DNA of 16,900 nt, taken from NCBI GenBank assembly GCA_043819795.1, contig JBDREN010000005.1:1-16900 (forward strand), given 5' to 3'. Below, in pieces: positions 7,397 through 16,491 of the stretch (within the stretch, counting starts at the first letter, position 1; every line of letters begins with the position of its first letter). The notes under the pieces were generated by a model that did no database searches, was not told the origin of the DNA, and saw only the letters and a list, made by a program, of their open reading frames with translations. Source of the DNA: Elusimicrobiota bacterium (lineage in GTDB: Bacteria; Elusimicrobiota; Elusimicrobia; UBA1565). Both the position numbers and the translations under genes were made by a program.

Positions 7397-7449
7397 TTGA
7401 CAGAAGGAAGAATAAGATGTACATTATAAGTGTACTGATATATTGTAAG
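7397..7449 (+). promoter_or_regulatory. TA operon promoter and operators
   Basis: TTGACA (7397-7402), 17 nt, TACATT (7420-7425). TGTACA at 7418, TGTACT at 7431 and TGTAAG at 7444 are at 13-bp period. TGTACA cores are the known YefM/Phd operator type. Confidence 0.8.
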
Positions 7450-7453
7450 GGAC

Positions 7454-7714
7454 ATGGATATGGCATATCAGACGATTCCCGCCACAACGTTGCGCAACCA
7501 TCTGGCCGACGCTCTCAAGGCGCTCGCCGGGACGAAGAAGTTCCTCCTGATTACGAAGAAGCAGAGGCCTGTGTCCGCGATCGTGGACATCGAGTTCTTC
7601 GAGGACCTCCTGGCCGCCGCCAGCCCGGAATACCTGAAAAGCATTCGCGAGGCCCGGGAGGACTACACGCGCGGCCGCGTCTTCTCCCACCAGGACGTCT
7701 TCGGCAAACTGTGA
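7454..7714 (+). CDS. Type II antitoxin, Phd/YefM family (start may be ATG 7460)
   Basis: TIPATTLRNHLADALKAL...FLLITKKQRPVSAIVD Phd/YefM signature; acidic C-terminus; directly upstream of the toxin. Confidence 0.92.
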   Translation: MDMAYQTIPATTLRNHLADALKALAGTKKFLLITKKQRPVSAIVDIEFFEDLLAAASPEYLKSIREAREDYTRGRVFSHQDVFGKL

Positions 7715-7717
7715 GCC

Positions 7718-7975
7718 GTGGCTGGCCGTTATGAGCTGGTCTACACCCGTCGGGCCGTCAAGGACATCCAAAGGATGGATGGCCTCACCAAGAAGCGTCT
7801 CGCCGGGAAGCTTGCGGAGCTGCGGAAGGATCCTTTGCGGCTGGCCAAGAAGTTGACCCATCCGAAGCTGGGCCAGTACCGTTACCGTCTCGGAAACCAC
7901 CGGGTCGTCTTCGACCTCAAGGGCAGGAAGATCGTGGTGCTCCGGGTCGGGCACCGGCGCGAGATTTACCGATAG
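7718..7975 (+). CDS. Type II toxin, RelE/ParE superfamily (RelE/StbE-like)
   Basis: YELVYTRRAVKDIQRMD...KKL...YRYRLGNHRVVF...IVVLRVGHRREIYR; basic, 85 aa, starts 3 nt after the antitoxin stop. Confidence 0.95.
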   Translation: MAGRYELVYTRRAVKDIQRMDGLTKKRLAGKLAELRKDPLRLAKKLTHPKLGQYRYRLGNHRVVFDLKGRKIVVLRVGHRREIYR

Positions 7976-8000
7976 GCCGCAGCGCGGCCCCTGTTTCTTC
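7975..8000 (+). terminator. Possible weak intrinsic terminator of the TA operon
   Basis: GGCCGC-AGC-GCGGCC hairpin (7975-7989) followed by CCTGTTTCTT. Confidence 0.3.
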
Positions 8001-8287
8001 CCTTTGCCGCCCCGGGCGCCGGCCGCCGCGGCGGCGGGGACTCCTCCTCCAGCGCCCAGGCCCGTCGGCGCCGACGCGATGGTCTGAGCGCCCGCCTCGG
8101 CCAGCCTTCCGGAAGGTCGCGACGCCTCAGGCAGGCTCCGCGGCGCAGCCTGCCGAAGTGGTCGAGGGATCCGGACGCCTGCAAGGGGCCGCAAGAATCC
8201 CAGGGGCGTGGGCCCATTGACGGACTGGTTTAGGCCCTAAGACACCTGCCTTCGGGCAGGAATCCCGTCAAACATATTCCATATAGC

Positions 8288-11200
8288 ATGATGGACCGTT
8301 TACCAGAATTCGGGACGCGGGCGCTGGCGTGCGTATTGGCCGTCTGCCTGGCGTCATCCCCTGCGGCCGCCGCAGTAGCGCGGGTGGCGCCTGCGGTGGT
8401 CTCGCCGGCGGCGGCGGTCGCCGCCCTTCCCGTCGCCCTCCCGGTCCCCCTGTCCTCCCGGTCCCCGGCGACCCTGCTCGACCACTCCCTCCCCTCGCCG
8501 ACGAGGCTCGCGCCGTCCCTGGGGGCGTCTTGGACGCGGGCCGGGCTCGTCCCGGGGACCGCCGCGCGAGCGGCTAAGCCGAGAGCCTTCCCTGTCGCGA
8601 CCGGGGTCCCGACCCGGCGGGCGCAGACGGCGGGGCCGCGCCCGCAACCGGCTTCGGCGCCGGGCGACGCCCGGCAGGCGAAGGCGCGCGGGCTCGTGAC
8701 CCAAATCCGAGCCGGCCTGGTGAGGATCTCCGCGGGGATCAGGCGCGCGCCCCTCCGTGATGCCGCGGGCTTGCTGGACGCGGCCTATTCGGGCACCAGG
8801 CGGCTTCCTGCGGCCGGCTTCGCGGCGCCGGTCGCGGGCGGCGGCGCATCGCCGGCCTCCCCAGGGCGGCTCGACGCGCCCGCCGGACCGCGCTCCCCCG
8901 GGGAGCCCGTCCTCACGCGCGCGGAGCGCAATCCGCCGCTCGCCGGCGTATCGGGCAATTTCCGGGTGGACATCTCCCGCAGCGGCCGCTCGGAGAGCAT
9001 CACGGCGCCGCAGGCGGCGGGACTGGCCGCGGCGGTGGCCCGGGCGATGCCCGAGGGGACGCTCGACGACTCGAGCGTGACGGAGATCCTCGTGGTGGCG
9101 GACTTGTCCGATGTCGAGGATCTTGCGGCCAGCCCGCTCGGCAGGGTGCGCCGGAGGAGCTCGACCGCGGCGGTCGTGGACGAGGAGCCCGGGACCGGAT
9201 TCAGGCGGGTGTATCTGCGCCGGTCGGCGCTCAAGGAGGACCTCTCCCCCAAGGAGCCCTTGGGCGCTCAGGCGACCGCGGCCCTCGCGGCGACGGGAGG
9301 CGGCGGGAAGCTCGTGCCGGTGCGCCGGCTCTCCCCGCGGCGTATCGGGCCCTTGCTGCGGCGGGAGTCCCCGGTCTTCGTGGGGGGGCTCATCTCCATC
9401 TCGGCCGAGCCTCCGGAAGGCTTCTTCGCGGCGTCCACCTTGAGCGAGTTCCAGCGCCGGGGCTGGCGGCCGGCCAAGGCGCCGGACGCGGGAATCTGGG
9501 TGTACCGGGTTCCGGACGCGCGGCGTGATTCCTATTTCGATTTCAACTACGCCTCGCCGGACAGGCCGACCGACACGCCCCGGGCGGGGAAGTTCAAGGT
9601 CGCGACCGGGATCGGGCCGGCGCGCGACCCCGCCTCCCCGGGAGGCGCGGAGGCGGACCTGCTGTGGCTCGGCGACGAGCAACACGGGGCTCTGGAGGGG
9701 TTCCTGAGGACCCTCGCCGGCAAGGACCTGACCGTCGAGGATCTGTACCGGCACGAGGGCTTCGTGCAGCGCCTATCACAGACCGAGGTGGTGGTGGGAG
9801 GCATCGACAAGGCGCACGCGCTCACCCCCCGGGGCTTCGACGCGCTGGAGACGGACCCGGCGCTCTACCGCCGGGTGTTCAGCGAGGAGTACGACGCCTA
9901 CCTCCTCTCTCTCTTCAGTCACGACAAGCAGGCAGAGAGCGGCAAGAGCTACCTGCTGGCCACCTCGCGCGGGTGCAGCCAGGGCTGCGCCCTCTGCTGT
10001 TCGGGGGGACTCTCCCGGTTCCAGTATTTCTCAGCGGGGCGGATGATGCGCGAGCTCGAGAAGATCGCGGTCCACGCCGGACCCGCCGCCGGCAAGATCA
10101 ACGTCTTCTTCGTTGACAGCAACTTCAACGCCGATCCGAAACGCATCATCGAGTTCGCGGACCTCCTGGAGAAGAGCCCCCTCCGGGGAAGCTTCCGCTT
10201 CTTCGTGCGGCACAATACGGTCAACGGCTTCCTGCGGCCCTCCGCCGGCGGGGAGAAGATCCCCAATCGCGACCTGATCCGGGCTTACGCGCGGCTGGGC
10301 ATCCGCGAGGTCCTCATGGGCGTGGACGCCTACGACGACGCGGGGATCCGGACGCTCAAGACCAACTGGCGCCTGCTGGCGAGGAAGGCGGCCGAGGCGC
10401 GGCCCACCTACACCGCCTCCGAGCTGTCGCGGCTGATGCGCGCCTTCGAGAGTGAGGGGCTCGCCGCGCGGGGCTTCTATCTGACCAACAACCCCTGGGT
10501 GAGCGACCTGGACCGCATCGACTCCTACTACAACCTGCTCGAGCTCTGGCTGGAGAACCCCCATTTCTCCATCGACTGGCGCGGCCGCGGGATGATCCGG
10601 CTCAAGCCGTTCCCCGGGAGCCCGATCACCAAGGCGGCCGAAGGCGCGGGGACGCCCCTGGGGGCGAACGGACGCTTCGTAGCCAGGACCGCGCTGGGCG
10701 AGATCGATGAGATGGTGGACTTCTCGAAGATGTCCCGGCCGGCGGCGCGCGCGGGCGCCGAGGCCGCCGTCGAGCAGTTCCGCAAGGGGATCGCGCGCGT
10801 CCGCGCGGCGGCCGAGCGCGTCGCCTCGGACCCGCGCTCCGGCGCTCCCGAGCGCCGAGCCGCCGAGTCGGCCATCCGCAAGCTCATCGCGCGGGACGCG
10901 CGGCTCGCCGCGACGCTGCGCCGGCGGCGCGCCACAGGGGCGGAGGCGCGGCTGGCGCGGGACATCGGGCGCTTCGCCGCCGCGCACCAGCGGCTGGGCG
11001 CTTTCGACGCGAGTGAGCAGAAGACGGCCTTCGAGCTGGCGTCGGCGTCCTTGATCCAAGGCCTCAGGGAGCTCCGGCGGCCGGCTGAGCCAGGACCCGC
11101 ATCCGGCTATCTCCCCGAGGCCGCGAGACTCGACCCCTCTGCCCCGCACACCCTCAAGGACGTGCCCGGCTATCTTTCCGACAACCTGAGCGCCGAGGCC

Positions 11201-12880
11201 GCCGACGCGGCGCGCAAGGGGGAGGGCGACTTCCTCATCGTGGTCGGCGACGGGCGCACGGCCGTGGCGCAGGCCGAGGCTCTGGGATGGCGGGTGCAAG
11301 AGCGCCTGTCCAAACCGCAGGGCTTCCACCAGGTCTTCCGCGCGAAAGACGCGGACGGCCGCAAGGCGTTCCTCGTCACGCGCGTCAACGGCCGGGACCG
11401 CATCCTGCACGTGCAGACCCTGCTGCGGCTCGCCGGCCTGCCCGCGGGACGCCTGCGGACGGTCGGCGGGCCGGTCTCTTGGAAGCGGGGGTATCTCGAG
11501 ACGTTCCGCAGGCTCGGGCACGTGCCCGACGGGGTGCTCTACGGGTTCGCGAACACGGCGGTGGACGCGATCCTGCTACGCAACAAGGGGGAGAACGCCG
11601 GCCGCTTCGCGCAGCTGAGCCGGTTCTACGACCGCAAGCACGCCGAGCCCAAGCTGACGCAGCACGATCTCGACGGGCTCGAGATGCAGGTCCTGGAGTT
11701 CGAGAACGGCAAGCGCCTGTGGCTCTTCAACTGCATGTACGGGGACCTTGCGCGCGACCTGATGGCGGCCTTGGTCGAGCACGGCGCGAGGAACATCACG
11801 TTCCTGGGCACCGCCGGGGCGCTAGCCCCTGGGCACAAGGTGCGCGACGTGGTCACGCCGGCCCACCGGATCCATCCCGACGGGTCGCGCGAGCCCCTGG
11901 ACCGGCTGACGCCGATCCCCGGGGTGCGGCGCGCGGGAGGCTACCTGCGCGTGGCGACGCCGAACGTCGAGACCGAGGCATGGGCCGAGAAGGCGCTCGC
12001 GGACGGGGCCGACTTCGTCGAGGTGGAGCTCGGGCACCTCCTTGACGAGCTCCGGCGGCATCCGGAAGTCGGGTTCCGGGCCGCGCTGGCGGTCTCGGAC
12101 GTGCTGACCGGCGCGGGCCGCAAGGACATGACGGAGTGGGGGCTCCGGGACCTCCGGGCCCTGATGCCGGCCATCGGGAAGATCGTCGACTCGATGCTGG
12201 GCGCCACCGGCTCCGAAGCGTACCGCGTCCGGTCCTATCGCCACGTGCGGCTGGTCGAAGAAGGGCGGACGCGTCCTTGGCTCGTCGGCCGGGGCCGCGC
12301 CTTGCGCAGGGCCTGGCTGAGCGTGGACCCCGACAGCGGGCGCGGCCAGCTCCTTCAGATGATCAGATGGCTCACGGCCCCCGCAGTGGCGATCCTGCTC
12401 GCACGCCCGATGGCCGAGCGTCTCTTCCAGGGCGCGTTCGACGGCTCGTGGTTCGAAGCGGGCCTCATATGGGCCATCCTGTCCGCGGTGTCCGTCTTCC
12501 ATGAGGCCGGGCACTATCTCTTCGCCCGCATCGCGGGCGCCAAGGTGAAGTCAAGGCTGATGCGCGCGGAGAGGGTCTCTCTCGACCGGCCCACCGACCT
12601 CCAGCGCGCCATCACCCTCCTGGGCGCCGCATTCATGAACTTGGGGATCGGAGCCGCGTTCCTCGCCCTGGCCTTCGCGGCGGCACACTGGCCCGGAGCG
12701 GCGGCGCTCACCTCCCTGGTCGGCAGCTTCGCGGTGGTGAGCCTGCTCGTCGGGATATTCGAGCTTCTCCCCGTCTATCCGCACGCGGGCACGGGGCTCG
12801 CTCTGCGCCTGCTGGGCAGGCACCTGCGCGGCAGGATCGCCCCACGCGAATCCTCCCCGCCGCAAGCGGAGCGGCAATAG
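8288..12880 (+). CDS. 1530-aa multidomain protein: signal peptide, Ala/Pro-rich linker, radical SAM domain, nucleoside phosphorylase-like domain, M50 peptidase-like membrane domain
   Basis: TSRGCSQGCALC (CxxxCxxC at 9974-9997), FFVDSNFN, MGVD; FLGTAGAL (about 11801-11824), FVEVEL, AVSDVL; HEAGH (12500-12514) among several hydrophobic helices. Long uninterrupted ORF with GC-rich third positions. Confidence 0.88.
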   Translation: MMDRLPEFGTRALACVLAVCLASSPAAAAVARVAPAVVSPAAAVAALPVALPVPLSSRSPATLLDHSLPSPTRLAPSLGASWTRAGLVPGTAARAAKPRAFPVATGVPTRRAQTAGPRPQPASAPGDARQAKARGLVTQIRAGLVRISAGIRRAPLRDAAGLLDAAYSGTRRLPAAGFAAPVAGGGASPASPGRLDAPAGPRSPGEPVLTRAERNPPLAGVSGNFRVDISRSGRSESITAPQAAGLAAAVARAMPEGTLDDSSVTEILVVADLSDVEDLAASPLGRVRRRSSTAAVVDEEPGTGFRRVYLRRSALKEDLSPKEPLGAQATAALAATGGGGKLVPVRRLSPRRIGPLLRRESPVFVGGLISISAEPPEGFFAASTLSEFQRRGWRPAKAPDAGIWVYRVPDARRDSYFDFNYASPDRPTDTPRAGKFKVATGIGPARDPASPGGAEADLLWLGDEQHGALEGFLRTLAGKDLTVEDLYRHEGFVQRLSQTEVVVGGIDKAHALTPRGFDALETDPALYRRVFSEEYDAYLLSLFSHDKQAESGKSYLLATSRGCSQGCALCCSGGLSRFQYFSAGRMMRELEKIAVHAGPAAGKINVFFVDSNFNADPKRIIEFADLLEKSPLRGSFRFFVRHNTVNGFLRPSAGGEKIPNRDLIRAYARLGIREVLMGVDAYDDAGIRTLKTNWRLLARKAAEARPTYTASELSRLMRAFESEGLAARGFYLTNNPWVSDLDRIDSYYNLLELWLENPHFSIDWRGRGMIRLKPFPGSPITKAAEGAGTPLGANGRFVARTALGEIDEMVDFSKMSRPAARAGAEAAVEQFRKGIARVRAAAERVASDPRSGAPERRAAESAIRKLIARDARLAATLRRRRATGAEARLARDIGRFAAAHQRLGAFDASEQKTAFELASASLIQGLRELRRPAEPGPASGYLPEAARLDPSAPHTLKDVPGYLSDNLSAEAADAARKGEGDFLIVVGDGRTAVAQAEALGWRVQERLSKPQGFHQVFRAKDADGRKAFLVTRVNGRDRILHVQTLLRLAGLPAGRLRTVGGPVSWKRGYLETFRRLGHVPDGVLYGFANTAVDAILLRNKGENAGRFAQLSRFYDRKHAEPKLTQHDLDGLEMQVLEFENGKRLWLFNCMYGDLARDLMAALVEHGARNITFLGTAGALAPGHKVRDVVTPAHRIHPDGSREPLDRLTPIPGVRRAGGYLRVATPNVETEAWAEKALADGADFVEVELGHLLDELRRHPEVGFRAALAVSDVLTGAGRKDMTEWGLRDLRALMPAIGKIVDSMLGATGSEAYRVRSYRHVRLVEEGRTRPWLVGRGRALRRAWLSVDPDSGRGQLLQMIRWLTAPAVAILLARPMAERLFQGAFDGSWFEAGLIWAILSAVSVFHEAGHYLFARIAGAKVKSRLMRAERVSLDRPTDLQRAITLLGAAFMNLGIGAAFLALAFAAAHWPGAAALTSLVGSFAVVSLLVGIFELLPVYPHAGTGLALRLLGRHLRGRIAPRESSPPQAERQ

Positions 12881-13201
12881 CTGTAGAAAGCGCCTGCCCG
12901 GGCTCAACTTCCTGGGGACTGGTCGTCTTTTTCCTCGTTCTCGGCGCCGTTCTGCGCCGCTCTTCGCCCCCGAGATCCTGCCTGGGGGTCGCCTATACGG
13001 CCGTGGACTCGGCGTTGGCTGGCGCCTCTTGGACCTCCTGGCGGTTCTGGCGCGAGACGCGGGAGCGACCCGGAGCAGGGTCGGGGGGCGGTTCTTAGAC
13101 GGGGGGATTCTACCGGACCGGCTTCTCCTCGGTCGCGGGCCTCAGAGGTCCTTGACAGGATTTGGGAATATGGTCAGCGGGAGTCGCCGGACGCGGCCGT
13201 C

Positions 13202-13993
13202 CTACTCGAAGAAATCATACTTCTTCTCCAGCTTGCCGAAGAGCGCCACTGTCCCCTCGTATTGCCGCCATTCGAACGGGAACTCGTACCGGCCTTCAAG
13301 AAGCCCGGGGAAACTCATCACGACATTCATTAATCGCATGGCAGCGTCCAGTCTTTGTCCACACGTCATCAGTGATCTCGGGGCCCTTCCCGAAGCGGGT
13401 TCCTCGAGAATGATCCGCAAAGACGTTTCGGCGATATCGACCGACATAAACACGTCGGCCGCCTCCACCTTCCGTCCGATCCGCGCCTTGTCGTGGTCAG
13501 CGATAATCTTCGCGGCGCCGTCAACCGGGATGCCCGCTTTAGGCAGATAATCAAAATCGTATTCTTTCTCCAGGCTCCCGAACAATTCCTTGACTCCTTG
13601 AAACTGTTTCCAGTCTCGAAAGCCCTCGTGCTGCAACATCCCGGGATGCCGCGTCTCAACATTGAGCAGCCGCATGGCGGATTCCAGCTTCTCCTTGCAC
13701 TGGGTCCATTCGCGAGGGGATTCTCCTTTTGCGGGTCGTCCCAAGATGATCCTAAGACTGCTCTCGGCTATATCCACATCACCACCGACCTCACCCATGG
13801 TCATCGCCGAACCGGCGCCCACCTCCAATGGGGCGCCTTCAACCTCGGGGACATCAGGTGATTCCGCCACCTTGTCCATCGGGTTGCCCACGTTTAGATC
13901 CGGCAGGCTCGCCCCGCGAGGATACTCTCCCTGTGCCCAGCATTGTCCCACCAGCAAAGCAACGCATGCCGCCATGATCCCGATAGTCTTCAT
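13202..13993 (-). CDS. Secreted hypothetical protein, 263 aa, with two copies of a roughly 75-80-aa helical domain
   Basis: ATG at 13993 with GGAG RBS. Signal peptide MKTIGIMAACVALLVGQCWA. Internal repeat VDIAE(S/T)SLRIIL...C...L..AMRL.NV....PG.L...W.Q..G...LFG.LEK.YDF. Confidence 0.85.
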   Translation of the reverse strand: MKTIGIMAACVALLVGQCWAQGEYPRGASLPDLNVGNPMDKVAESPDVPEVEGAPLEVGAGSAMTMGEVGGDVDIAESSLRIILGRPAKGESPREWTQCKEKLESAMRLLNVETRHPGMLQHEGFRDWKQFQGVKELFGSLEKEYDFDYLPKAGIPVDGAAKIIADHDKARIGRKVEAADVFMSVDIAETSLRIILEEPASGRAPRSLMTCGQRLDAAMRLMNVVMSFPGLLEGRYEFPFEWRQYEGTVALFGKLEKKYDFFE

Positions 13994-14411
13994 GGTCTCT
14001 CCATCCTGCGAGGTAAACCGATGTTTGAGGTATAACAGGGGACCCATGTTCTCGCCACCCCGTCCGCGCATGGCTGGCTCAGCCTTGTCGGATAGGCGGT
14101 CGGGTCCCGATACGCGGCCGGCGGTATTCCGCTTTGACCGCGCTTGCTGGCGATCGAGCAGAGCAGAGTCCCCGACTCAGCCCTGGCCCCCCGCGGGAGC
14201 CTCTTTACGGGCCCGCTTGCGGCCGGAGCCGCCGCGCCGCCTCCTCTTGCGGGGGCGAGGGGGCGAGATCTTCTTGGCGGCGCCGTAATAGGCTTTGAGC
14301 TGGTCGCGGAGCTTGCCCCTTACGTAAGGTCCCGAGAGCAAGCCGCTCCCCTATCGCACTGACTTCCGGCCGGGGGGGACATCCTTTCAGGCTTAACTGG
14401 CGGATGCGGGC

Positions 14412-15548
14412 TCAGGCCCGAGCCCTTATCTCGTCGAAGAACGGGGTCCTGTTCCGCCGCACGCACTCGGCGGCGTACAGGTACATGGCGGCCGACCAGC
14501 TTTGCCAGTCCTGGCCCCGGACAGCCCCGTCCTGCGCCCGCAGCCACTCGTTGAAGCCGAAGGCCAGCCCCTTCCGGCGCGCCCGGAGGACCAAGCCGGT
14601 CAGCGCGACGAGCTTCTCCTCGGCCAGACGGCGCCTTCCGGCCGCCACCAGGGCGGCGACGTAGAACCCGCAAACGAAAGGCCAGACCCCGCCGTTATGG
14701 TACTCGCCGGGCTTGTTGAACCGGCGGTATCTCGGCCTCCAGTCCGGATCTCCCGGGAGGATGTACGGGAAGAGGTTCGGCGGCAGGTCGAGGGCCAGCT
14801 CTCCGCGGCGCCTCGATGAGAGGCACTCCGCTTCCACCCACGCGACGATGGCCCTGGCCCGAGAACGCGACGCTATCCCCGAGAGGATCGCGAGGCTGTT
14901 GCCCAGGAGGTCGAAGCGTTCGTCCTTGTAGACCTTGTAGCGCCACAGGGCGTAGTGGGGCCGCGCGCCTCCCTTGATCGTGAATCGCGACATCGCCTCG
15001 CGCAGCCGCGAAGCCCGGCCATGACGGCCGAGCAGCTCCAGGCAGGCATAGAGGACGGCGTTGACGAACAGCCCGTATCCGAGGACCCATTGCTCGTCGC
15101 GCCAGTCGCTCGTCGGCAGCTGGGCCACGGCCGCCCGGTCGGACGGGCTCTGATACCGCATCCAGGTCAGCGCTCTCTCCACGGCCCGATCCAGGAAGCG
15201 CGGCTGCTTCATGGCCTTGCGGTAAAGCCCCACGGCCATCAGGAACAACGGCGTGGTATCGCTCGAACCGCGATCTTCCGGATCGTGCGCCAGAGAGGGG
15301 ATGTGCCCCAGCCGGCTCTGGTTCTTCGCGCACGCCTCGAGGACCTTCCTCAAGGAGTCCGCCAGCCTCTTGTCGCCGCAGGCCAGCATGCCCAGCGAGC
15401 AGATCATCAGGTCCCGCGTGTACGGCTCGGGATAGCCCCATCCGGCGACCCTGGGCAGGCCGCCGAACGGCCCGCGCATGTTGTGCAATAGCACTTCGAT
15501 GGCGGCTTCTCTGGCCCGGTCGATTTTCTCTTGGTCGCTATTCAGCAT
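14412..15548 (-). CDS. (alpha/alpha)6-barrel glycoside hydrolase, GH100 / amylo-alpha-1,6-glucosidase-like, 378 aa
   Basis: YPEPYTRD, DTTPLF, SDWRDE, YHNGGVWPFVCGFY, FNEW, QSWSAAMYL motifs. Likely start is ATG 15548 (GGGA upstream); the track's alternative is 15620. Confidence 0.88.
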   Translation of the reverse strand: MLNSDQEKIDRAREAAIEVLLHNMRGPFGGLPRVAGWGYPEPYTRDLMICSLGMLACGDKRLADSLRKVLEACAKNQSRLGHIPSLAHDPEDRGSSDTTPLFLMAVGLYRKAMKQPRFLDRAVERALTWMRYQSPSDRAAVAQLPTSDWRDEQWVLGYGLFVNAVLYACLELLGRHGRASRLREAMSRFTIKGGARPHYALWRYKVYKDERFDLLGNSLAILSGIASRSRARAIVAWVEAECLSSRRRGELALDLPPNLFPYILPGDPDWRPRYRRFNKPGEYHNGGVWPFVCGFYVAALVAAGRRRLAEEKLVALTGLVLRARRKGLAFGFNEWLRAQDGAVRGQDWQSWSAAMYLYAAECVRRNRTPFFDEIRARA

Positions 15549-15621
15549 ATGAGATCCCTGGCTTCCCGGAGACTGCCTGGAGGCTCCGCCGCGGGGCCGG
15601 GCCGAGGATCCTCGCGACATC

Positions 15622-16491
15622 CTACCTCCCCGACGCCTCGACAGCCCGCCTCAGATGTCGGATGGCGATGAGCAGCCCCTCGTCCTCGCGCTCGCCGCGA
15701 TAGACCGGGTCGTGCCGGCCCTCGATGTCGAGACAACCGTCGTAGCCTTGCGCTTTCAGTTCCCTCACGATCGCCGTCCAGTCCGAATCGCCGAGCCCCG
15801 GGAAGCGGTGCGCCGTGGCGTCCGCATGAAAAAGGCCCTGCCGCGCGACGACCGCGCGGTCCACGTGCGCGTCCTTCGCGTGGACGTGGAAGATCCTCGC
15901 CCCGAATCTTCTCAGCGTCTCGATCGGATCGATGAGCATGCAGACGAGGTGGCTGGGGTCCCACTGCAGGCCGATGTCCTCCATCGGAAGCTCGTCGAAG
16001 GCGCGCTCCCACATCTCGGGGGTGCACATGAAATTCGTCCCGCCCGGGGGCTGGTGAAAGGGGCCATGGGGGCAATTTTCGAACGCGACGCGGACGCCGA
16101 GGCCGGCCGCGAATCTCGCAAGCTCGCTCCATGTCCTCTTGAACGCGGGCAGGCTGTTCTCCAGCGGCTCGCCCGGGACCCGACCGGCGAAGCAGCCGAC
16201 CACGCCTGCGCCGAGGAACGCCGCCAGCTCGACGGAGCCGCGGAACAGCTCCGCGAGTTCATTGGCTTGGGCCGGGTCGAGGATGTTGCGGTACATGCCC
16301 CCGACCGATGAGACCGTCAGCTGCGCCGACGCGAACGCGTCCCGGACTTCGGCGGCGCGCTCCCGCCAGCGCGGGCGGGGGGGCAGGAATGGGTCTTCCG
16401 GCCCCGCGATCAGCGCGGCGCTCGCGCACCCGTGCCTGCGCGCGAACGCGATGCGCTCGGGATCGTAACGCATCAAGAAGCCGATCTTCAT
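15622..16491 (-). CDS. Sugar phosphate isomerase/epimerase (xylose isomerase-like TIM barrel), 289 aa
   Basis: Metal-ligand motifs FENCP, WDPSH, HVHAKD, PGLGDSDW, GYDG.LDIE; co-oriented upstream of the glycoside hydrolase. Confidence 0.92.
   Translation of the reverse strand: MKIGFLMRYDPERIAFARRHGCASAALIAGPEDPFLPPRPRWRERAAEVRDAFASAQLTVSSVGGMYRNILDPAQANELAELFRGSVELAAFLGAGVVGCFAGRVPGEPLENSLPAFKRTWSELARFAAGLGVRVAFENCPHGPFHQPPGGTNFMCTPEMWERAFDELPMEDIGLQWDPSHLVCMLIDPIETLRRFGARIFHVHAKDAHVDRAVVARQGLFHADATAHRFPGLGDSDWTAIVRELKAQGYDGCLDIEGRHDPVYRGEREDEGLLIAIRHLRRAVEASGR

Noticed and set aside
8354..12514. Long antisense and alternate-frame ORFs (e.g. 8354-9754, 10031-11521; also 2615-3714 and 13662-14288)
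   Set aside because: Arg/Pro/Gly-rich shadow ORFs expected opposite GC-rich genes; no recognisable motifs.
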